A stretch of 64,000 bases of DNA, from positions 7,832 to 71,831 of the IMG/VR virus record IMGVR_UViG_3300012952_003947; one strand, given 5' to 3'. Position numbers and translations under genes: made by a program. This DNA is from a virus (taxonomy: Duplodnaviria > Caudoviricetes). Below are positions 56,525-64,000 of the stretch, one piece after another. Under the pieces are notes generated by a model. That model did not search any database and was not told where the DNA came from. It saw nothing but the letters and a program-made list of their open reading frames with translations. Position 1 is the stretch's first letter. Each line of letters opens with the position of its first letter.

Positions 56525-57789
56525 TACAACACTACTACCTGATCAGCTTGAGGCTCTATTTGCATTTCCTCTTCACCTAAAATTGCTTCAACAAATTCTT
56601 TATACTTATCATCAGATTTAAAGTTTTCCAAAATCCAAGATTGAAGTTTCTTTGCTTGAGACTCAAATCTTCCTAAATCTTTATAGACTTCCATTAGGCG
56701 TTTCTTATAAGAAAATTTATCTGCATATGCCCACTTAGAATCTGCTTGTACAACTCCATCCCACACAGCCTCTCTTTGAACATTTTGCAATGTATAATCA
56801 ACCTTAGCAAACATTGGTTTAATTTTTGTTTTGCCTTTTTTATCTTTTATTGGCATACAGAGAAAATCCATATGACCACTCCAATCCGGAGCTAGAATAG
56901 GCAAGCCCTGCTGTGCGGCCTCGAATAGAGGAAGGCCAAAGCCTTCTCCGTGAGCTAGTGTTAAGTAAGCCTTAACTTTTGGATGAGTGTATAGAGAGGT
57001 CATTTCCTCGTCAGTCATACTACCATGCATTAGATATATTTTGCATTTATAGTCTTTATTATCTAAAGTATGCAATACTGATCTCAGCTTATGTTCAGTT
57101 GCAGTTTTATCCATAGTAGAATTATTAGCTTTATTACTTTTGATTATTAGACCAACATCTTCGTTTTGATGAAATTCCTCAACAAACCACTTGACTGTTT
57201 TATCTAAATTTTTTCTTGGACCCCACTGAGCTACTGTTAGAAAATTAAAATTAGATTCTAAATTTATACCCAGATCATGTGTTTTAAACGCTTTACAACA
57301 ATAATTCACAGGAATAATAGGAGTTCTTACTTTAAACTCAGGAAAAACTTCGCCTGTTTCAGTATCTTCGGCTTGATAAACGGTGTTTGCGAAAGCTTCT
57401 TTTGCAAAACTAGAAACAACAATAATTTTATCCATTATTTCAGATTTCTCAACCCATTGCGGAGATATTTTAGTTGTTTCAATACCAGCAGTATAGCCAA
57501 TATTTATTGGAGCTTTTTTGGTCCATTCATTCGGTATGGTCACCTGCAAAGATATATCAAACATACCACCGCTACTCATATAAAAATGAGTCTTTTGGAT
57601 TAGCATTTCAATCCATTGTGATTCTTCCGTGCGCTCAGTCATACAATTTGTTCGACCCCAATTTGTATTTTCCAAAAAGATATCAAACCTATCTTCATGA
57701 GCCCTTAAAGATCGTAAAGCAAACCTGCATTGTTCACCGTATCCCGATCTAGACAGGGCAGGGCCTCTAACAATTATTCTTTTTTTCAA
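56524..57789 (-). CDS. GT4 (GT-B) glycosyltransferase
   Basis: SRSGYGEQ, GYTAGIET, RKNL, HGEGFGLPLFEAA, WSGHMDF. Confidence 0.85.
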   Translation of the reverse strand: MKKRIIVRGPALSRSGYGEQCRFALRSLRAHEDRFDIFLENTNWGRTNCMTERTEESQWIEMLIQKTHFYMSSGGMFDISLQVTIPNEWTKKAPINIGYTAGIETTKISPQWVEKSEIMDKIIVVSSFAKEAFANTVYQAEDTETGEVFPEFKVRTPIIPVNYCCKAFKTHDLGINLESNFNFLTVAQWGPRKNLDKTVKWFVEEFHQNEDVGLIIKSNKANNSTMDKTATEHKLRSVLHTLDNKDYKCKIYLMHGSMTDEEMTSLYTHPKVKAYLTLAHGEGFGLPLFEAAQQGLPILAPDWSGHMDFLCMPIKDKKGKTKIKPMFAKVDYTLQNVQREAVWDGVVQADSKWAYADKFSYKKRLMEVYKDLGRFESQAKKLQSWILENFKSDDKYKEFVEAILGEEEMQIEPQADQVVVL

Positions 57790-57790
57790 C

Positions 57791-59092
57791 TTAATCTCCC
57801 GAGATATCTATTTTCTTTAAAGTCCAGGGCTCGTAATTCTTTCTTGTATCCCAAGAACCATGTTTTTCGTGAACTTTCGTTAATAAATTAAACCAATTAT
57901 TTCTATAGGTTTCGAAATTATAATTTTTTAATACGTGTTCGCGACCTTTTGCACCTAGAGCCAATCTTTTTTCTCTGCCCATTTCGTACATTTCGACCAA
58001 TGCATTAACAACATCTTCCTCATCGACCCTGTCTTCATATATCCAAGGCACCGGTTGTGAACCAATTACTGCTTTTGAAGATGGTTCTATACCAATTCCA
58101 AACCACTCTTCACCATCCGTTACTTGTTCTTGTAATCCTCCTGTCATATTCACTATGATAGGAGTTCCACAAGATAATGACTCCAAAGTGCCTAATCCAA
58201 AACCTTCAGCGTCAGCAATATTAATTGTACAATCTGCCATATTGCAGAACAAGGCTATCATCTCTGGTGGCACTTTTTGCTCTGAGAATTTAATCTGGCC
58301 ATTTAACATGCCCAAGTGATCGCCTATTGCTAGCAAATCTTGTCCGTACTGATCATGTACATCGGTGTGCATCAGAAGCATCGCCTTATCTTCGCCAACT
58401 CTATTAAGGAATTCCTTAAACCACCAAATTACACTTCCAGACTGTTTTCTCTTTGCGTTTCTATTATTCCAAAAAAACAACATTTTGTCGGAGTCGGGAC
58501 CAAATTCAGGACCGAAGTTTTGTACTCGCTGTTTAAACCTTTCTGTTTCAGACATTGGTTTAAAAATATCGGTATTAACAGAGTGAGGTACATAATGTGT
58601 TTCAACATCTGGAGAAACATTTCTAACAATATCATCTGTAACTTTTGAAATAGTAGCAATCACATCATTGGAATCATACAGGGGCTTATTAAACGTTGGG
58701 TATGGCTTATTATCCCAAACATGATAATATATCATCGGGACAACAGATCTGATTTCATCGTCAATAGCCCAAAGCCATTCGTAAAAGCGAGGATCTGTCA
58801 TAAACCAAAGCATGTCAGGCCGCTCAGCTTTAAGAGCCTGCCTAACTTGTTCTTGATTTCCGTAACCTTTTACTGGTTGAATGATAAAATCCTCTCCCCA
58901 CGGATCAACTGCTAGCGTTTTAAAACTACGATGATCAATAGCTCCGCCAAGACAATAGAATTTAAATCTACCCGTCTTTAATAAATTATCTATCATATAT
59001 AATGTTTGTGTACCAACGCCCGATGGAGATAGCGGGTGGTCGGATATTACCATTACTTTAATTTTATCTTCTTGCGGTAATGTACCTTGCAT
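57791..59092 (-). CDS. GT4 (GT-B) glycosyltransferase
   Basis: PSGVGTQ, VPHSVNTDIFKP, NRNAKRK, AEGFGLGTLESLSCGTPII. Confidence 0.9.
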   Translation of the reverse strand: MQGTLPQEDKIKVMVISDHPLSPSGVGTQTLYMIDNLLKTGRFKFYCLGGAIDHRSFKTLAVDPWGEDFIIQPVKGYGNQEQVRQALKAERPDMLWFMTDPRFYEWLWAIDDEIRSVVPMIYYHVWDNKPYPTFNKPLYDSNDVIATISKVTDDIVRNVSPDVETHYVPHSVNTDIFKPMSETERFKQRVQNFGPEFGPDSDKMLFFWNNRNAKRKQSGSVIWWFKEFLNRVGEDKAMLLMHTDVHDQYGQDLLAIGDHLGMLNGQIKFSEQKVPPEMIALFCNMADCTINIADAEGFGLGTLESLSCGTPIIVNMTGGLQEQVTDGEEWFGIGIEPSSKAVIGSQPVPWIYEDRVDEEDVVNALVEMYEMGREKRLALGAKGREHVLKNYNFETYRNNWFNLLTKVHEKHGSWDTRKNYEPWTLKKIDISGD

Positions 59093-59100
59093 ATGTCCTC

Positions 59101-59886
59101 TTATTTACAATGCTCCGTTTCATAAAACTCGCATCCAAAGCCAGAAGTACATGAAAGCTTGTTTTTATGAAAATTGTTTGAATTTATATTATGCAATGCT
59201 TTTGACAAATAGTTAAGAGCATTTTCAGTTTTTTTAGGACCACTGGTTACACGAAATATTTCAACGTGATTTTTCTTAGCAGTCCTCTTCAATAAACCAA
59301 AATATGTTTCAATCTTTTTTGGATCGATATTATGCTTCTGAGCGAAGTAATACTTATAGAAAGTCAATTGATAAGTGATCAGAGAATCAGCCTTCTTTTT
59401 AGGGTGCCAACCCCAGCTACAAGTTTTCCAATCAATTATATGATACTTTCCGTCGGGAGTCTTAACTACGAGATCAATGAAACCCTTAAATTTAATATCA
59501 TTTTGTTCAAATTCTTTAATATTTTCATAAAGTTGTTCCTCAACAGAAACTACTTCGTATTCTTCAAAGTATTCTTCTAGAAAAGGATAAGCCAACACTG
59601 ATAGTTGTCTACCTTGAACTAACATTTCATCGATAGTTTTTTGATTAATTTGGTCTGTGACATCTTCAGGAAGCTTAGCCAATTCTTCAAAAAAAACTTT
59701 TTCGAAATGTTCTTCTTCGTTGATTTGCTCTTTTAATACCTTGTGTTCGCAAACAGAGTGTATTGCTGTTCCAAAAGCTGTGTAATGGTTTCCTTTGAAC
59801 TCATCAACTTTATCTATATATTTTAGTTTATGCTTGTACGGACATTCTGCCCAAATTTTAAATTCAGAGTACGAGATATGAGACAC
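59101..59886 (-). CDS. PD-(D/E)XK (RecB/Cas4-like) nuclease with probable Fe-S cysteines
   Basis: ISYSE...ECP, GTAIH, VE, GFIDL, IIDWKT, QLTFY, C-terminal CTSGFGCEFYETEHC. Confidence 0.85.
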   Translation of the reverse strand: MSHISYSEFKIWAECPYKHKLKYIDKVDEFKGNHYTAFGTAIHSVCEHKVLKEQINEEEHFEKVFFEELAKLPEDVTDQINQKTIDEMLVQGRQLSVLAYPFLEEYFEEYEVVSVEEQLYENIKEFEQNDIKFKGFIDLVVKTPDGKYHIIDWKTCSWGWHPKKKADSLITYQLTFYKYYFAQKHNIDPKKIETYFGLLKRTAKKNHVEIFRVTSGPKKTENALNYLSKALHNINSNNFHKNKLSCTSGFGCEFYETEHCK

Positions 59887-60291
59887 TTAGACCTCTTCGG
59901 TTTGAGTAATACCCGTCACAGAAGTTACAGAAGTTTGTGTATTTGCTGTGTTATTTGCTCTATTTGTAGATCTTGACTTAGATTTACGATTAGTTGTAGA
60001 GCGCTTAGGGCTTGTTTTTGCCTTAGTAGTATACACAAACTTTTGTGTGTTTGCAAGCTCATTCGTAACATATGTTGAATTTTTACATTCTTCTATCTTA
60101 AATCCTTTTTCTCTTAGCATAGAACGGATTTCACTCTCATGCCATCCAATGGGGCGGACGCCTCTTGGATTTGCTTTTGGTACAGTAATTTCAACTTGCA
60201 GTAAACCATTTTTTTCTACCGCAGTTAATTTTAAACTATAGGTTCTATTGTTTTTAGTGCTTTTAACTGTCCAATTCATAATTTTCTCCAA
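59887..60291 (-). CDS. hypothetical protein with basic low-complexity C-terminus
   Basis: Coding-strand ORF filling the gap; K/R/S/T/N-rich tail. Confidence 0.5.
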   Translation of the reverse strand: MEKIMNWTVKSTKNNRTYSLKLTAVEKNGLLQVEITVPKANPRGVRPIGWHESEIRSMLREKGFKIEECKNSTYVTNELANTQKFVYTTKAKTSPKRSTTNRKSKSRSTNRANNTANTQTSVTSVTGITQTEEV

Positions 60292-60961
60292 TATTATTAA
60301 TATGTTGTATTTTCATAAACGCTTTAGGGGATATTGCATTAAGCATTTTTCTATCTCCCAAATAGTATTCTTCAAAAGCTATAGCAAAATATTCTCTAAC
60401 AGATGTTGCGGCATAGGGAGAGACGAATAGTCCCATAGCTAGTGTTTCTAATTTTGGGTAACCAACTGATTTATAAAAGAAATCATCCAAGTCTTTTGAG
60501 AAATCTGAATCTAAGAAATTGTAAGGTGAAGTATCATACTCTTGAAATCTTAGAATTCGTTCTAGCTTTCTTCTTTTACCTAAAAATTCTGCTTCTACTT
60601 TAGAATCTGAGTATATGTCTTCACTATATCTTTCCTCCAACATATGTGCGACTTCGTGGACAATATCGTCTATCATATCCTCTTCATCGTCTTGTTGATT
60701 AGTAAGATAAATAGCGCCAGAATCATACATGGCATTTATTTCTCGTTGCACAAGATGCTCAAATTCTCCAATATAAATTAAATCTAAATCGTGAAAAAAA
60801 GATCTCGGCAACGTTCTTTCTAGAAAAGCAACAACTCTATCTAAATCTATATTTTGATGCAAAGGGTCTTTTATGTGAATTGGAACAGAGTTAAAAATTA
60901 ATCTTATGTCCTCCACTTTTTTAGACCTCTCGTGGGATTCTTTTATAAAATCCTCTAACAT
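60263..60961 (-). CDS. hypothetical protein with zincin-like HEXXH motif
   Basis: IVHEVAHMLEE and distal REYFAIAFE. Confidence 0.55.
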   Translation of the reverse strand: MLEDFIKESHERSKKVEDIRLIFNSVPIHIKDPLHQNIDLDRVVAFLERTLPRSFFHDLDLIYIGEFEHLVQREINAMYDSGAIYLTNQQDDEEDMIDDIVHEVAHMLEERYSEDIYSDSKVEAEFLGKRRKLERILRFQEYDTSPYNFLDSDFSKDLDDFFYKSVGYPKLETLAMGLFVSPYAATSVREYFAIAFEEYYLGDRKMLNAISPKAFMKIQHINNIGENYELDS

Positions 60962-61219
60962 TTATTGTTCCTCACTAGACATATTAAAGCCAGTTTCTAT
61001 ATCAGTTAAGCCCTGATGATATCCTCTAATCCAATTTTCTTCAGCAATTGCCATTAGAAAATCTGGAAATTCTTCTGCTACGACATTAACAATCATTTCA
61101 ACTGTTACATTATTATCTTCCGGCTGTTGTTTTTCTCCAACGTACTCAACCAACCATCTTTTTAATTCTGTATCTTTCGCGACGACATCTTCTAATACTT
61201 CAGTTTTACCCAGATCCAT
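60962..61219 (-). CDS. hypothetical protein
   Basis: 85 aa ORF preceded by strong SD AAAGGAG. Confidence 0.65.
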   Translation of the reverse strand: MDLGKTEVLEDVVAKDTELKRWLVEYVGEKQQPEDNNVTVEMIVNVVAEEFPDFLMAIAEENWIRGYHQGLTDIETGFNMSSEEQ

Positions 61220-61275
61220 AATACTACTCCTTTAGGTTTCTTAACTATATCAAATTAAACAATAATTGTTAATAA

Positions 61276-62586
61276 TTATAATATTTTTGCTGCCAAAGTA
61301 GCGACTTTAGAACGCTCGCCTTTTATTAAAGTTACGTGTCCAGCCAATTCTTGATCTTTAAATCTCTCAATTGCATAGGACAGACCATTTGTTGTGGCGT
61401 CCAAATATACATTGTCAATTTGTTCAACGTCACCAGTAAGAATAATCTTGGTACCTTCGCCGACGCGAGTAATAATAGTTTTAAGCTCATGTAATGAGAG
61501 GTTCTGGGCCTCATCAATAATAATGAATGCGTTAGAGATAGAGCGGCCTCTAATATATGTAAGAGCTTCCATTTCAATCGTTCCATTCTCAAAAAGCATT
61601 TCTAGAGTTGTCTTATCAGATCCAAACAAAAATTCTAAGTTATCTTGAATAGGCATTAGCCATGGGCTCATTTTTTCTTCGAGAGTTCCAGGCAAGAATC
61701 CAATATCGTTACCAAGTGGTTGAATTGGTCTAGAAACTACTAACTTTTTGTATATTTTATCATTTTCTAATGTTTGTTCTAGACCAGCAGCGATGGCCAA
61801 AAGAGTCTTGCCACAACCAGCTTTACCAATCATTGTAATAACTTGTATGTTCGGATCCATTAAAAGATCGATCGCAAAAGATTGTTCTTTGTTTCTAGGA
61901 CGTAAGCCCCAAGTTCCGTTTCTTCGTTCAGTTATTTTTGCCAAAGGAGAATTATAATTCATAAATCTTGCGAGAGCAGTCTTTTTTTCGTTAAGACTAG
62001 AAATAAGCATTATGTACTGATTTGCATATAACTTAACTTCTTCTTCATCTAAAAATATTTCATCACCAGAATAAAACCTATCAATTATCTCGTCATCGAC
62101 CAGATGTTGTTTTAGACCTGTATAAATATCTTCTGTGTTATCAACTAATTGTTCTACAGAATAATCTTCGCAGGGAATCGCAAGAGCATCACATTTTACT
62201 CGCATGTTAATGTCGCGAGAGACAACTATCACTGATTTGTTATCATGTTTCTTGTTTTCAGTAATAGCAGTGCCAATTATTTGATTGTCTGCTGACGATA
62301 AATCAAAGCCCGGGGGCAGGTCGTCTGGATTATAATCTCTTACAGAGACTATTCCGTATTCCTCACCCAAGCTAACGCCTTTGTGCAGATTTCCCTTTTC
62401 TCTTAGAGAATCTAGAATGCGAATTGTATTTCGCGCATTGACGCCGACGCCATCTTGTCTTTTTTTGTGACCATCTATTTCATCTAGCACTTTTAGAGGG
62501 ATGACTATGTCACTGTCTTCGTATGAGTAGATACAATTGAAGTTTGTTAAAAATACGCTAGTATCAAATATATAAATTTTTTTCAT
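61276..62586 (-). CDS. phoH: PIN-domain PhoH-family ATPase (PhoH2/YlaK type)
   Basis: YIFDTSV (PIN), SRDINMRVK, RNKEQSFA, GKAGCGKT (Walker A), IRGRSI, IIDEAQN, TGDVEQID. Confidence 0.92.
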   Translation of the reverse strand: MKKIYIFDTSVFLTNFNCIYSYEDSDIVIPLKVLDEIDGHKKRQDGVGVNARNTIRILDSLREKGNLHKGVSLGEEYGIVSVRDYNPDDLPPGFDLSSADNQIIGTAITENKKHDNKSVIVVSRDINMRVKCDALAIPCEDYSVEQLVDNTEDIYTGLKQHLVDDEIIDRFYSGDEIFLDEEEVKLYANQYIMLISSLNEKKTALARFMNYNSPLAKITERRNGTWGLRPRNKEQSFAIDLLMDPNIQVITMIGKAGCGKTLLAIAAGLEQTLENDKIYKKLVVSRPIQPLGNDIGFLPGTLEEKMSPWLMPIQDNLEFLFGSDKTTLEMLFENGTIEMEALTYIRGRSISNAFIIIDEAQNLSLHELKTIITRVGEGTKIILTGDVEQIDNVYLDATTNGLSYAIERFKDQELAGHVTLIKGERSKVATLAAKIL

Positions 62587-62613
62587 TTAAATTCCTGTTG
62601 AAGGAAATGTATA

Positions 62614-62623
62614 TATAAATAGT
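62614..62623. promoter_or_regulatory. candidate divergent promoter element (TATAAATA on +; ACTATTTAT on -)
   Basis: In the 78 bp gap between the divergent phoH and protease genes; exact T4 late consensus on + and CTA(A/T/G)TTA-type on -. Confidence 0.45.
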
Positions 62624-62664
62624 TATTATTCTTTTTCTTTTCTAGTTATTATGAGGACATTGGC

Positions 62665-63507
62665 TTGCAGTATTTAAAAAATATTTTAAAATCTCTAGTT
62701 TTTGGAGTTCTTTTCCTGGCGTTGTTCGGCTCTTGTGCGAGTCTAAATAATAAAAAGAACAGAAAAGAAAAAATACCATTAAAATCATTCGTACAAGTAA
62801 AGTATAAATCATACAGAAAAATTTGTACACCCCGTGATCCAAAAAACTACAAATCTTCCTGTTATCTACCTTTAGGTGGCGGTGTTGGATCAGGAGTTAT
62901 ATTTGCTCATTCTCTTGAAGGCTCGTATATAATGACAGCCGCGCATGTGTGTGATCCAGAAAGAATACCAGAGTGGATGCATATGCACAGCATGCCAGAA
63001 GCAGAAAACGAAGAACTAAGAAAAAATATAATAAAAGTATTCTCTATCAACGATTATAACTATTTCAGCCACAATTTAGAAATAGTTGATTTTGATCGCC
63101 ATACAGATCTTTGTGTAGGTCATGTCTGGGGCTTATTTGATAAAAGAGTACGATTATCTAAAAGAAGGCCAAAGCTTGGAGAAAAAGTTATTAATATAGC
63201 AGCACCTGCAGGATTCTTTTCATCCAAAGTTGTACCAGTTTTAGATGGTAGATTTTCAGGCAACACTATGATTGAAAGAAAAGCTAGAAGAGCCGTCTAC
63301 ACTATCCCAGCAGTGGGAGGCAGTTCCGGGTCGCCAGTCTTAACAGTCAAAGGTAAACTAATAGGAATGATATCGGCTGCACATGTAAGGTTCCATCACA
63401 TAGCACTTTCGCCAGTTTACAGAGACGTTATAGATTATCTAATTAATACTGTTAAAAAAGACACAGAGAAAAAAGGTCGTGATATTAAAGACATTGGTCT
63501 GTTTTAG
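62665..63507 (+). CDS. trypsin-like (S1) serine protease with lipoprotein-type signal peptide
   Basis: Catalytic triad IMTAAHV, TDLC, GGSSGSPV; N-terminal basic and hydrophobic stretch ending FGSC; TTG start with GAGG SD. Confidence 0.85.
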   Translation: MQYLKNILKSLVFGVLFLALFGSCASLNNKKNRKEKIPLKSFVQVKYKSYRKICTPRDPKNYKSSCYLPLGGGVGSGVIFAHSLEGSYIMTAAHVCDPERIPEWMHMHSMPEAENEELRKNIIKVFSINDYNYFSHNLEIVDFDRHTDLCVGHVWGLFDKRVRLSKRRPKLGEKVINIAAPAGFFSSKVVPVLDGRFSGNTMIERKARRAVYTIPAVGGSSGSPVLTVKGKLIGMISAAHVRFHHIALSPVYRDVIDYLINTVKKDTEKKGRDIKDIGLF

Positions 63508-63734
63508 ATGTCTTCTTTCATGACAATAATACACCCATAGTTGTAATAATATTCGTCATGATAATACCAGCCATATTCTGTAACTATATCACACGCAATC
63601 TTACGCATCTCTGCTGTTTTTCCGGTTATAATCTTAAACGGCGGTTCTAAAAAATTAATAAATTCAATAATCTTTTTTTCCGCTTCCTCGTGGCTTAAAT
63701 GATGTAAGTCTAGTGTGGGTAACCTTCTAGGCAT
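63504..63734 (-). CDS. stand-alone Smr-domain protein
   Basis: TLDLHH...EA...I.EFI...KIITGK pattern in 76 aa. Confidence 0.7.
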   Translation of the reverse strand: MPRRLPTLDLHHLSHEEAEKKIIEFINFLEPPFKIITGKTAEMRKIACDIVTEYGWYYHDEYYYNYGCIIVMKEDI

Positions 63735-63999
63735 TTAACTTACTCACATAATCGTACATCGCTATGCCAGAAGTTGTGCCAACATTCATACTACGAACTG
63801 ATCCGTATTGTGTAATAGAAACCACATGATCTGCCAAAGATAACATTTCGTCAGAAAGACCAATACCTTCTTCACCAAAAATCATAAGTGCATTTTCTGG
63901 CCACTTGAATTTCTCCATTGGCACAGCGCCCTCTACGTTATCGAGGCAAACAAATGTAAAATCAGATTTAAGATGTATAAGCTCGCCAGGATCGTTGAT
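63727..63999 (-). CDS. SpoU/TrmH-family RNA 2'-O-methyltransferase (partial, 5' end outside window)
   Basis: IFGEEGIGLS...DHVVSITQYGSVRSMNVGTTSGIAMYD SPOUT motifs 2-3; frame stays open to the window edge (…FVCLDNVEGAVPME…). Confidence 0.88.
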   Translation of the reverse strand: MNDPGELIHLKSDFTFVCLDNVEGAVPMEKFKWPENALMIFGEEGIGLSDEMLSLADHVVSITQYGSVRSMNVGTTSGIAMYDYVSKLNA

Positions 64000-64000
64000 A

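Noticed and set aside
36859-59092. Ordinary bacterial capsule or O-antigen locus
   Set aside because: It is embedded among baseplate, sigma, RuvC and PhoH genes with phage-like density, and lacks flippase, polymerase, exporter and priming transferase in the window. This cannot be fully excluded without the rest of the contig.
59101-59886. Possible CRISPR-Cas locus around the Cas4-like gene
   Set aside because: No repeat-spacer array and no other cas genes are visible in the window.
65-61957. Numerous short plus-strand ORFs (e.g. 3248-3688, 29791-30246, 52030-52392, 53548-53907) and nested minus-strand ORFs
   Set aside because: They lie wholly within or antisense to long motif-bearing genes, have no recognisable motifs, and look like shadow frames.
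1-64000. Alternative genetic code (stop-codon reassignment seen in some jumbo phages)
   Set aside because: TAA (43), TAG (1766) and TGA (35300, 36368) all end genes that abut the next gene, and long ORFs are uninterrupted under the standard code.
1-64000. NCLDV (giant eukaryotic virus) origin suggested by the glycosylation genes
   Set aside because: Shine-Dalgarno sites, overlapping operons, a sigma factor and gp25/gp6 baseplate genes indicate a bacteriophage.

Overview
AT-rich, very gene-dense fragment of a large tailed (myovirus-type, probably jumbo) bacteriophage genome. Nearly all genes lie on the minus strand and abut or overlap; the standard genetic code fits. Blocks from left to right: (1) a RuvC-like resolvase and a ~35 kb baseplate/tail structural module (gp7-like wedge with LamG domains, gp6/J-like, gp25-like, spike, hub with a VanY/M15 peptidase, several very large orphan proteins); (2) a gp55-like sigma factor and small regulators; (3) a ~22 kb cytoplasmic glycan-biosynthesis island: two NeuB-type nonulosonate synthases, NeuA, three CstII/GT42-like and one Maf-like transferase domain, three GT4s, Gmd, GDP-mannose 3,5-epimerase, APS kinase, a sulfotransferase-GT2 fusion, a pyruvyltransferase, two methyltransferases and four 2OG-Fe(II) dioxygenases, with no export machinery in the window; (4) a PD-(D/E)XK nuclease, PIN-PhoH, a lone plus-strand lipoprotein-like serine protease, an Smr protein and a partial SpoU methyltransferase. 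Best candidates for novelty: a phage-encoded sulfated sialic-acid-like (possibly KDN) glycosylation system, a NadM-like enzyme that may be a non-canonical ATP sulfurylase, and a roughly ten-fold DNA-level excess of the palindrome GCCGGC (GGCGCC is also enriched). All family calls come from motif recognition by eye; no database search was run.
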